Below are positions 26,101 to 33,404 of a stretch of 54,151 nucleotides of DNA, piece by piece (the stretch's first letter is position 1; every line of letters starts with the position of its first letter). This DNA is from a virus. Taxonomy: Duplodnaviria; Caudoviricetes. Below the pieces are notes generated by a model. That model saw only the letters and a list, made by a program, of their open reading frames with translations. It made no database searches and was not told the origin of the DNA. The position numbers were made by a program, and so were the translations under genes. The stretch spans positions 1-54,151 of the IMG/VR virus record IMGVR_UViG_3300044960_000107; one strand, 5' to 3'.

Positions 26101-27219
26101 CTATCGGCGCCGCTGCCGGACGGCCTCGTGGGAGAGGCCCGCAGCTTCGGCCACGGCGCGAAGGGTGGCGCCCGCCTCGAGGGCGTCGCGGATGGCTTCG
26201 TCGAGCTCGACACGCGCTCGCTCTAGCGCATCCTCGAGGGACTCGGTAGCTGCCCGCCGGCGGCGCACGAGCTCGAGCTCGGCAGAGACGTCGGGGCGTG
26301 GCACTTCATCAGCGTAGGTGGCGCTCATGACGTCGCTCCTTCGTGGGGATTGGATGAAGCCCGACGTCCAGAGGCTCACCGTCGGGCGACCGTACTCGCC
26401 TCCGGTCACAGCTTCGATCGCGACGTAGGCGGCCTGCGTCACCGCGCCTTCCGGCGGGATCGGCGCGAGCGCTCCGTCAGCGATCAGGCGCTCGACGATC
26501 GGCCTCCACTGGATGCGGATAGTGCGCGAGCGCATCGGCCGGCCAGGGCGCTTCACCTGCGGCGCTACGTCGAGCCCGAGCACCGCGCCATCGAGGATGA
26601 CGTACTCCCAGATACCGGCGAAGTCGCCATCGCGCCCGATCACCCAAGGGTGGGGGTGATGGTCGTAGCGGTGCTTGGCAGTCATGCCTACGTTGATCTC
26701 GATGAGCCGGGACTTGCCACCCCACCAGAACTGAGCGGCGGCGATCGCCCGGGCAGAACCCGTCGCATTCCACGCGAGCGTATGGACGCTGGCCAACTCG
26801 AGGGGGCCAGGCAAGGGGCCGCCCTCGTGGTCGCGGTGATCCATGAAACCCAGGAAGGTCCAGTGCGGGAGCCCGCTGCGCGCCACGCAGGGGCTCGGAT
26901 GCTTCATGTGGTTGATTCGCAGGTTGACAGCCCAGCCATTGCCAGACCGCCTCCAGGTGACCGAGGTCGGCTGCCCCGGCCCAAGCGGGAACGACCTCGC
27001 GTGTGGGCCGGGGCACGACTGCTGGCCCGCCGGCTCATGCTGGACGACGAGCTGCCAGTGCTTTCCGTCGGAGCCGCACTCGGCCGTCTCGTACCAGATC
27101 GTCGCCTCGCCCGGAAACGACGTCGCGGCGCAGCGCCGCTTGAGACCGTCATCCCAGCCGGCCTGAGCGACCGACGCGAGCAGAGCAGCGATGATGAGCG
27201 CGACGAGCCAGCGGATCAT
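26101..27219 (-). CDS. signal-peptide protein with in-frame C-terminal HTH-like domain (internal start at 26328)
   Basis: MIRWLVALIIAALLASVAQAG; last 75 aa include GATLRAVAEAAGLSHEAVRQ and follow their own AAGGAG SD and ATG. Confidence 0.65.
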   Translation of the reverse strand: MIRWLVALIIAALLASVAQAGWDDGLKRRCAATSFPGEATIWYETAECGSDGKHWQLVVQHEPAGQQSCPGPHARSFPLGPGQPTSVTWRRSGNGWAVNLRINHMKHPSPCVARSGLPHWTFLGFMDHRDHEGGPLPGPLELASVHTLAWNATGSARAIAAAQFWWGGKSRLIEINVGMTAKHRYDHHPHPWVIGRDGDFAGIWEYVILDGAVLGLDVAPQVKRPGRPMRSRTIRIQWRPIVERLIADGALAPIPPEGAVTQAAYVAIEAVTGGEYGRPTVSLWTSGFIQSPRRSDVMSATYADEVPRPDVSAELELVRRRRAATESLEDALERARVELDEAIRDALEAGATLRAVAEAAGLSHEAVRQRRR

Positions 27220-27452
27220 CAGGCGATCTCGCTCCCTGCGAGCAACTCGGGCTCCCACTCGCGCAGCGCCTCCGTCAACTGAGCCCAGAAGCCGCTCAGA
27301 TCATCAGGCGGCTCCGTAAGCAGGCGGTCGTAAAGCCGATCCCACTCATGGGCGCTCAGCGTCCGCCCAAGGACCGCGTTGGCATGCTCACGAATCTCGT
27401 CCCACGTAACGACGAGATAGACGTCCTCCTCGCCCCAGACCTCATAGCTCAT
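27219..27452 (-). CDS. hypothetical protein
   Basis: 77 aa acidic; GGAGG SD. Confidence 0.7.
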   Translation of the reverse strand: MSYEVWGEEDVYLVVTWDEIREHANAVLGRTLSAHEWDRLYDRLLTEPPDDLSGFWAQLTEALREWEPELLAGSEIA

Positions 27453-27454
27453 GA

Positions 27455-27781
27455 CTACACCTCCTCCGGGTTGGTCCAGAACTCGTCGTCCGCGCCATCG
27501 GCCGGACCCCAGGCGCCGGCGCCGGTGATGTCGGACGTGACCGCGTCGTAGACGAGGTCCGTGTCCCAGATGCGCTCGGCCGCATCCCCGAACGTCGCCT
27601 CGCGCAGCTTCGCCTCGGCTTCCTCGGGGCTCTCTGCCTCGACGATGAACTTCTTGTCGAAGCGCGTGGTCAGCCAGACCTCGTAGCGCTTCTTCTGTGC
27701 AGACGGGTTCTCGCGCTCGTGCTTTCGGCGCAGGTCGGCCGCGGCGGCGAGCGCGTCATGATCGACGGTGTCCCAGTCCAT
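27455..27781 (-). CDS. hypothetical protein
   Basis: VEAESPEEAE motif; coupled to neighbours. Confidence 0.7.
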   Translation of the reverse strand: MDWDTVDHDALAAAADLRRKHERENPSAQKKRYEVWLTTRFDKKFIVEAESPEEAEAKLREATFGDAAERIWDTDLVYDAVTSDITGAGAWGPADGADDEFWTNPEEV

Positions 27782-28071
27782 CAAACCGTCCCCTCCAGCG
27801 CCCAGCCCACGATCAGGTCGTCGGGATCGCTTGCGCGACTCAACGCCTCGCGCAGGACGTTGTCGATGATCTGCTCGGGCGCGTCGTCGGCGTATCTCGG
27901 GTCCTGGCGGACCGTGAAGATCACGCGGACGTGCCTCAGCTCGGGGATGAGTCCCCGGCTCTGCATCGAGTAGAGCTCGCCAAGCACATCGGCAGCCGTC
28001 ATCTCGCCGGATGCGCTTGCGACGAGCAACTCGGCCACTTCGTTCAGCGTGTCGACCCCGAGCTCTGGCAT
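27781..28071 (-). CDS. hypothetical protein
   Basis: MPELGVDTLNEVAEL..., GGAGG SD. Confidence 0.65.
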   Translation of the reverse strand: MPELGVDTLNEVAELLVASASGEMTAADVLGELYSMQSRGLIPELRHVRVIFTVRQDPRYADDAPEQIIDNVLREALSRASDPDDLIVGWALEGTV

Positions 28072-28739
28072 CAGTTCCTCCCTTCGTTGAGCGCCTCGAC
28101 GAACTCCTCGATCAAGCGCGGGACCATGCGGGCGTGGCCGTTGCGGATCAGGTCGTTGCAGCCGGCCGCGGTCACGCTGGTCAGCGCGCCAGGTACCGCC
28201 CAGACGGTCGCTCCGAACTCGCGAGCGAAGTCGGCAGTGATGAGCGCGCCAGATCGCTCGCGCGCCTCGACCACGATCACGTGCGTGCAGAGCGCGGCGA
28301 TGATCCGGTTGCGAGCCAGGAAGCGCCATGGCGCGGGCTCGGTGCCGGGCCCGTACTCGCTGAGCACGAGGCCCTGCTTGCGGATATGCCTATCGACGTC
28401 GGCGTTCGCAGCCGGGTAGACGCGGTCGATGCCGCAGCCGAGAACGGCGATCGTGCTGCCGCCGTCGCCGTCGTGGTCGAGCCCCTCGAGGGCGCCCCGA
28501 TGCGTGGCGGTGTCGATGCCACGTGCGAGGCCAGAGACAACCGTGAAGCCGTCCGCGGAGAGCGCGCACGCGAGTCTGCGCGCGTAGCTGAGTCCCTCAT
28601 GCGAGCAGGAGCGGGCACCGACGATCGCGACCGCGTGCTCGCGGGGCGAGATCGGCAACGGGCCGTCCGTGTAGACCTCGACGGCTCCCTCGCCGGGAAT
28701 GAAGATGCTCTGGCGGGTAAAGGTCTGAACTACCATCAC
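28071..28739 (-). CDS. dprA: DprA/Smf-like DNA-processing protein (Rossmann core only)
   Basis: VAIVGAR, VVSGLARGID, AVLGCGIDRVYP, RNRII, SGALITA, VPG, GCNDLI. Confidence 0.92.
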   Translation of the reverse strand: MMVVQTFTRQSIFIPGEGAVEVYTDGPLPISPREHAVAIVGARSCSHEGLSYARRLACALSADGFTVVSGLARGIDTATHRGALEGLDHDGDGGSTIAVLGCGIDRVYPAANADVDRHIRKQGLVLSEYGPGTEPAPWRFLARNRIIAALCTHVIVVEARERSGALITADFAREFGATVWAVPGALTSVTAAGCNDLIRNGHARMVPRLIEEFVEALNEGRN

Positions 28740-29005
28740 GCCACCGCCACGCTGTTGTCGAGGTGGGCGCCCTGCGCGAAGTGGCGGGCGATGTTGCCGG
28801 TGTGCTCGGAGAGCTCGAACGTCTCGATGGCATAGGCCGAGCCGACCGGGTAGATGGCGACCACGACATCGGAGTCGCCGTTCGCAACTTCATCCTGCGC
28901 GGCGGTGCGGGCTGCGAGACGCGCCTCCTCGATGGTGAGCGCGTCGCAGACGTGATAGTCCTCTGCCGCGTAGGCGATGACTTCGTAGCGTGCGTCCAGG
29001 AACAT
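28736..29005 (-). CDS. hypothetical protein
   Basis: 89 aa; GGAGG SD. Confidence 0.7.
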   Translation of the reverse strand: MFLDARYEVIAYAAEDYHVCDALTIEEARLAARTAAQDEVANGDSDVVVAIYPVGSAYAIETFELSEHTGNIARHFAQGAHLDNSVAVA

Positions 29006-29017
29006 CGTTGACCCTCC

Positions 29018-29101
29018 CTAGTGCCAGAAGGCGAAGTAGACGATCAGGCCGATGTAGGCGAACCAGAGCGGCCAGAAGTAGCGATCAGGCAGCCGATCCA
29101 T
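29018..29101 (-). CDS. very small hydrophobic peptide
   Basis: MDRLPDRYFWPLWFAYIGLIVYFAFWH; GGGGAG SD. Confidence 0.5.
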   Translation of the reverse strand: MDRLPDRYFWPLWFAYIGLIVYFAFWH

Positions 29102-29336
29102 CGTTCTCCCCCTCTCGAACCGCGCGAATAAGCGCCGAGCGGGCCTGCCGCTCAGCCTCAGCGCAGCGCTGGGTCCAGCGGTGGGCGCGCTGGTAGGCAC
29201 GCACGTTCTCCTCGATGCCGACGCGAGCGGCAGCCCCGGCCTCATGCTTGCGTGCAATGCGCAGGTCCTCTGCGCGCCGAGCAACCTCGGCGCGCAGATC
29301 GACCAGGTTCGGGCGAGTGCTCGGCATCGCGATCAC
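29085..29336 (-). CDS. hypothetical protein
   Basis: 83 aa; GTGA overlap. Confidence 0.6.
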   Translation of the reverse strand: MIAMPSTRPNLVDLRAEVARRAEDLRIARKHEAGAAARVGIEENVRAYQRAHRWTQRCAEAERQARSALIRAVREGENDGSAA

Positions 29337-29578
29337 CCGTCCATCCGCTGACCGCGGCCCGCGAGCTCGCCGACGGTCCCATCGGGCTTGACGCGGACGC
29401 GAGTCTGGAATTCGCGCTCGCCGTCATAGCCGTAAGCGATGACCGCGAAGTCGCCGGAGCCATCGACCATCTCGGTGACCTCCGCGGCGTAAGCGGAGAC
29501 CTCGAAGCCCAGTGCGGTGATCCCGCGAAGCGCGATCCCGAGCGCCTGGGAGAGGCCGTTGATCTGCTCGTGCGTCAT
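29333..29578 (-). CDS. hypothetical protein
   Basis: First gene after P3; AGGAGG SD. Confidence 0.75.
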   Translation of the reverse strand: MTHEQINGLSQALGIALRGITALGFEVSAYAAEVTEMVDGSGDFAVIAYGYDGEREFQTRVRVKPDGTVGELAGRGQRMDG

Positions 29579-29584
29579 GTCGTA

Positions 29585-29643
29585 CCTCCTTGCTCGATAT
29601 ACCGTGACTCACTCATGGTCTCACACGGCCCGCGCGGTGTCAA
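29585..29643 (-). promoter_or_regulatory. island promoter P3 with conserved leader
   Basis: TTGACA-17-GACCAT, GTCACGGTATATCGA, AGGAGG. Confidence 0.8.
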
Positions 29644-29673
29644 GACGATTGACAATCGCGCGGGCCATGCGAG

Positions 29674-29904
29674 TCACGGGAGGGGGCAGGGAAGCTGCCG
29701 CGCGGTCTCGTAGCAGACCTTCGCGGCAGCGAGATTTTCTGCTCGGCCGATGCGGCGCGCGAGCCCATCCGTGAAGGGCCAGGGCTGCCCGGTGCGCGGG
29801 TCGTTGCCGACCGGGCGATGCCCGCGGCGCGCGCACCAGATGTAGAACTCAGCCAGGGCGTACAGCTCGGCGCGCTTGCGGTTCGCGTGACCCATCGCGA
29901 TCAC
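29674..29904 (-). CDS. hypothetical protein
   Basis: 76 aa; GTGA overlap. Confidence 0.55.
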   Translation of the reverse strand: MIAMGHANRKRAELYALAEFYIWCARRGHRPVGNDPRTGQPWPFTDGLARRIGRAENLAAAKVCYETARQLPCPLP

Positions 29905-30410
29905 CGGAATGCCTTGATGCAGACGGGGCCGATACCGCGCTCGACGGAGGTCGCGTCCTTGAGCCGGCGTCCGCAGTTCAGGCAGCGCCCGTAGCGAATC
30001 GTCAGCTCCTTGGCGCGCTCGAGGTCCATCCGGTGCTCGGGGCGAATGCGGCGAATCGCGCCCGGTGCGTACTCGAAGTCGAAGTGCTCGTGCGAGTCGG
30101 CCTCGGTCAGGCGGGTGCCGTTGATCGTGACCAGGCGCTTCGCGTAGACCCGCGTGCCCTGTCGATTCGGCTTCACCACGAAAACCTCGCCGTCGACCTC
30201 ATAGACCCCTGGCTCGACGGGAGTGGGCGCATCCTCGCGCGCGCGCCGCGGAATCGCCTTCAAGCTCGTGATGACCTGACTGGCGAGGGCCTTGGTGAAC
30301 CCCTCGCCCTCCATCATCGCGCACGTCGCCTGCGCGAGCTCCTCATGGACCTCGCGTCCCTCGAGGAGCGTCTGGATGAAGGCGATCTGAGCTTCGGTTG
30401 CAGGTGCCAT
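29901..30410 (-). CDS. DUF6011-like zinc-finger protein
   Basis: ATEAQIAFI N-terminus; CLNCGRRLKDATSVERGIGPVC. Confidence 0.8.
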   Translation of the reverse strand: MAPATEAQIAFIQTLLEGREVHEELAQATCAMMEGEGFTKALASQVITSLKAIPRRAREDAPTPVEPGVYEVDGEVFVVKPNRQGTRVYAKRLVTINGTRLTEADSHEHFDFEYAPGAIRRIRPEHRMDLERAKELTIRYGRCLNCGRRLKDATSVERGIGPVCIKAFR

Positions 30411-30415
30411 GCCGT

Positions 30416-30475
30416 CCTCCTTGCTCGATCTACCGTGACGCGATCTATGGTCTCATGCCGTCGCATCGGTGTCAA
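30416..30475 (-). promoter_or_regulatory. island promoter P4 with conserved leader
   Basis: TTGACA-17-GACCAT, GTCACGGTAGATCGA, AGGAGG. Confidence 0.8.
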
Positions 30476-30480
30476 GAGCC

Positions 30481-30542
30481 TTGACACCAGTGGGGCGGTA
30501 TGAGACTATGAGGTTGTCACGGTAGATCGACTCGAAAGGAGG
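30481..30542 (+). promoter_or_regulatory. island promoter P5, back-to-back with P4
   Basis: TTGACA-17-GACTAT, GTCACGGTAGATCGA, AGGAGG. Confidence 0.8.
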
Positions 30543-30547
30543 CGACG

Positions 30548-30787
30548 ATGGAACTGCACACACTCATCGAGCTCGCACGCGAGTACGCCGATCTCGGCGA
30601 CTCGATGATGAGCCAGCTCGATGCCCTCGTCGACACGAACGACGTCCAGGCGCTCGTCGACAAGGGCGAGCTGAACCCGAACGCGCTGCCCTGGATTCAG
30701 CGCTTCCTCGAGAAGGCGGCAGCCGCCGAGGTCTATGGGGCCGACGGGCTGCTCGACCTGATCGACGACTACGAGCGGGGTCTCTGA
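30548..30787 (+). CDS. acidic hypothetical protein
   Basis: 79 aa; first gene after P5. Confidence 0.75.
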   Translation: MELHTLIELAREYADLGDSMMSQLDALVDTNDVQALVDKGELNPNALPWIQRFLEKAAAAEVYGADGLLDLIDDYERGL

Positions 30788-31014
30788 TGGCCCCGCTCCG
30801 CGTTCCCGGCTGGCTCCGGCCCTACATCGACGAGATGAGGGCGAACGGCTACGACATCGCGAAGGGCAAGGGCGGTCATATCGCAGTGGTCAATGCTCAA
30901 GGCAAGCGCGTTGCCACTCTGCCCGCCACCCCGGGCAAAGGGCGATCGGTCGAAAACAACATCGCGCTCCTGCGCAGGCTCGGCGTGCTGGGCCGCAAGG
31001 GCGAAGGGAGATAA
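30787..31014 (+). CDS. HicA-like protein
   Basis: 75 aa basic; KGGHIAVV...VATLPATP. Confidence 0.6.
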   Translation: MAPLRVPGWLRPYIDEMRANGYDIAKGKGGHIAVVNAQGKRVATLPATPGKGRSVENNIALLRRLGVLGRKGEGR

Positions 31015-31019
31015 ACTCG

Positions 31020-31280
31020 ATGTCGATGCCCCTCTACAACGTCACGCTGGAAACCGAGCCCGCCGCAGGCGCGGAGGAGGCGAGCGACGAGCTGCTCGAG
31101 AAGCTCGAGGGGCTCGAGGCCGCCGGCATCCTCGAGGGGCTCAGCGGCGTCGGCGTGACTGACGACAGGGCCCTCGTCACGATCTTCGACGTGCAGGCCC
31201 CGAACATCTGGCGAGCCGCTCGACGCGCGACGCACTACATCGGCAGGAACGCCCGCCTGCTGCACATCGTCGCCGCCTGA
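31020..31280 (+). CDS. hypothetical protein, possible HicB-like partner
   Basis: 86 aa acidic, directly after HicA-like gene. Confidence 0.5.
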   Translation: MSMPLYNVTLETEPAAGAEEASDELLEKLEGLEAAGILEGLSGVGVTDDRALVTIFDVQAPNIWRAARRATHYIGRNARLLHIVAA

Positions 31281-31318
31281 CTGGGCCTCGGCCTCGAGGC
31301 ACGCTACTATCGCGCGCC

Positions 31319-31639
31319 ATGAGAACACGTGCCATCTTCACCATCGGTGTTGTCACCATCGCGCTGGTCGCCGGCGCATGCGGCGGCGGTGGCAACAGCG
31401 GCAGCGAACAGGTCGACCAGGCACTTGCCGACCTCGAGCTCAACCCGCTGCCCGTCATCAACGAGACCACGGTCGAAGGGATGACCGAGGCAACTCGGCA
31501 GTACATCGAGGATGCGAACGCCCAGCGGGATGTGGTCGGCGACGAGCGCGTCGACGAAGCGCTGAGCGAACTCGCCAGCGATCTCGTCGGCATCTGCGAT
31601 CCCTGCGTGGAGCTACTCGATCGCGCGATCCGCGAGTAG
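31319..31639 (+). CDS. lipoprotein
   Basis: Signal peptide with lipobox VAGA-C; TACTAT 9 nt before ATG suggests own leaderless promoter. Confidence 0.75.
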   Translation: MRTRAIFTIGVVTIALVAGACGGGGNSGSEQVDQALADLELNPLPVINETTVEGMTEATRQYIEDANAQRDVVGDERVDEALSELASDLVGICDPCVELLDRAIRE

Positions 31640-31659
31640 GGAAGAAGCCCTCCACCGAA

Positions 31660-31747
31660 CGGAAAGGGCGGCCGGAGCCGCCCTTTCGCATTCCTGAAGC
31701 TCGGGCGAGAGAGGCCGACTTGTCACGGTAGACCTAGCCCGACTTCC
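31660..31747 (-). ncRNA. putative small RNA antisense to the P1-P5 leaders
   Basis: Own promoter; hairpin GAAG-UCGGGC...GCCCGA-g-CUUC with inner AGGUC/GGCCU and loop UACCGUGACAAGUC; ends in terminator. Confidence 0.65.
31662..31687. terminator. bidirectional intrinsic terminator
   Basis: GAAAGGGCGGC-CGGA-GCCGCCCTTTC. Confidence 0.8.
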
Positions 31748-31752
31748 CTCTC

Positions 31753-31782
31753 AGCGTAACACATGAAAGCGCTTTCCGGCAA
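31753..31782 (-). promoter_or_regulatory. putative sRNA promoter with palindrome in the spacer
   Basis: TTGCCG-18-TACGCT with extended TG; GAAAGCGCTTTC at 31765-31776. Confidence 0.55.
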
Positions 31783-31801
31783 GACAACGCACTTCGGCGC
31801 G

Positions 31802-31843
31802 CATAGGCGCTCAGGGCGCGCATCCACGGATGGAGCATCTATG
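31802..31843. repeat. 42-bp dyad site, copy 6
   Basis: CATAGGCGCTC-N20-GAGCATCTATG; includes stop codon of 31839..32036. Confidence 0.9.
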
Positions 31844-32036
31844 CGCGCTCGGCCCGCCGGAGCTCCCGCCACTCCTCATAGTCGTCGAAGCGCCACCGGC
31901 TAAGGCGTGGTCGGCGCCACTCTAACACGACTCCGGGGAGCTCGATCGCCAGCGCGTACTCCTTGAACCCGACAAGGATCGCGCCGGATGAACCTGCGTC
32001 GTGCGATGCCCAGAAGTGCCAGAAGCGAACGGTCAT
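31839..32036 (-). CDS. hypothetical protein
   Basis: MTVRFWHFWASHDAG...; start uncertain. Confidence 0.55.
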   Translation of the reverse strand: MTVRFWHFWASHDAGSSGAILVGFKEYALAIELPGVVLEWRRPRLSRWRFDDYEEWRELRRAERA

Positions 32037-32055
32037 GCGTCGGCAAAGGGACGCA

Positions 32056-32277
32056 TCAGCGGACCTCCTCGAAGACGAGCTCGCGCAGCTCGGGCCGACC
32101 GCTCGAGTGGGGCTCAAGATGAATGCGCCACGTCTTTGGTCCGATGCCTGTCTCGAGCTCCTTGGCGAGCTCGGCAGCGAATGGGACCAAGATGACTCGG
32201 TGAACAGTGGCGTACTCGCTGAGCGTGACGTCGCGCGATCTGCCCGAGACGTGGTAAACCGGATGGCGGTAGCTCAC
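32056..32277 (-). CDS. hypothetical protein
   Basis: GTG SYRHPVYHVSG...; GTGA overlap. Confidence 0.55.
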   Translation of the reverse strand: MSYRHPVYHVSGRSRDVTLSEYATVHRVILVPFAAELAKELETGIGPKTWRIHLEPHSSGRPELRELVFEEVR

Positions 32278-32363
32278 GACTCGCCTCGCATCACCAGCAC
32301 TGGGTTGAGCGCTATCCTGCGGCACTCCTCGATGTAAGCGATGGCGCGCTCGCGATCAGTCAC
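32274..32363 (-). CDS. very small hypothetical protein
   Basis: GTG TDRERAIAYIEECRR; GGAGG SD; overlaps both neighbours by GTGA. Confidence 0.45.
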   Translation of the reverse strand: MTDRERAIAYIEECRRIALNPVLVMRGES

Positions 32364-33031
32364 GCCGCCGCCTCCGGTGGCTTCGGCCAAGGCCACTCGT
32401 CGTCGCAGCCCCAAAGAACGGCGCGCACGGTCGACGTGTCCCAGGCGAACGGCTCCTTGAGCATCTGGCGAACCATGTGGTGTAAGACAGAGCCACGCTC
32501 GCTGAGCGCGACTGTCCGAGACGCCGGCGGGATGCACCGAAGAATCCGGGCGACTTTCGCGACCGTGCGCCGGGAGAGGGGCGGCGGTGTGAATGGGGTC
32601 CTCCCAGATTCCCCGCGCCCCCCTGCTGCCGGGGACAGCCACCGCTTGCGGCGCGAGCGCTCCCGTGCCTGCCGGAGACGCTGCTCGATCTGCCGGTGGT
32701 GAGGCTGGCAGACAGTGACCAGGTGCATCGGGTCGAACGGGTCCTCTCCCATCGAGAGGAGCTCGCGCACCGTCCACGGATGGTGATGCGCCTCCAGGCT
32801 GGAGTCTCCGCCGCGGACCTCACAGCGCAGCTCGTGCTCGACAACTCGACAACGCCACCCGTCTCGCACGAAGGCCGCTCGCCTCGCCTCCGGCCAGCGA
32901 GCATCGGAGTAGACCCACCGTCCGTCCAATCGCTCAGCCTGCTCCCTGCTGAACGCTCGCTCGTGTTCAGAGCACCTGCGCTTGCCCTTGTCGATCAGGG
33001 CTCCACAGTCGATGCAGAAGGTCTTGGGCAT
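32360..33031 (-). CDS. HNH endonuclease (HK97 gp74-like packaging nuclease) with long C-terminal extension
   Basis: CIDCG...RCSEH; WPEARRAAFVRDGWRC; EAHHH; LVTVCQPHH. Confidence 0.85.
   Translation of the reverse strand: MPKTFCIDCGALIDKGKRRCSEHERAFSREQAERLDGRWVYSDARWPEARRAAFVRDGWRCRVVEHELRCEVRGGDSSLEAHHHPWTVRELLSMGEDPFDPMHLVTVCQPHHRQIEQRLRQARERSRRKRWLSPAAGGRGESGRTPFTPPPLSRRTVAKVARILRCIPPASRTVALSERGSVLHHMVRQMLKEPFAWDTSTVRAVLWGCDDEWPWPKPPEAAA
32555..32623 (-). other. putative cos/packaging region
   Basis: GGGGGGCGCGGGGAATCT...ACCGCCGCCCCTCTC...TCGCGAAA right after the HNH domain, resembling as I recall the cos regions of P27-TerS phages. Confidence 0.5.
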
Positions 33032-33222
33032 CAGCGCTTCTGCCCGAGCAGGTCGATGACCGCGTCCGCTCGAAAGCGAACGAGGAGCGAGTGCCTGACC
33101 ACGAGGTAGGCGATCAGGGCGCCCCAGGGCGGGGACCTGAAGGCGAAGTAGGTGATCGCTCCGACGCAGGCGCCGAGCAGTGCCGAGACGATAGCGGCGT
33201 TCCAGTGCCAACGAGTAGGCAT
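33031..33222 (-). CDS. small membrane protein
   Basis: MPTRWHWNAAIVSALLGACVG...; two hydrophobic stretches. Confidence 0.6.
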   Translation of the reverse strand: MPTRWHWNAAIVSALLGACVGAITYFAFRSPPWGALIAYLVVRHSLLVRFRADAVIDLLGQKR

Positions 33223-33404
33223 CAGCAGTTGAGGACGATCGTGGTCTGGTTCTGAGCGATGACCTTGCAGCCATCGGCGAAGGGCCCTACGTCTACGGCC
33301 GCAAGGAAGGCCATGAAGACAAGAGCGAGAGCAACGAGGACGATCGCCGCGATGCCGATGCGTGCGACAGTGCTGCTGACGTTGCTGGGCCTGGACAGGC
33401 TCAC
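33222..33404 (-). CDS. small membrane protein
   Basis: One TM helix; coupled overlaps. Confidence 0.6.
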   Translation of the reverse strand: MSLSRPSNVSSTVARIGIAAIVLVALALVFMAFLAAVDVGPFADGCKVIAQNQTTIVLNC

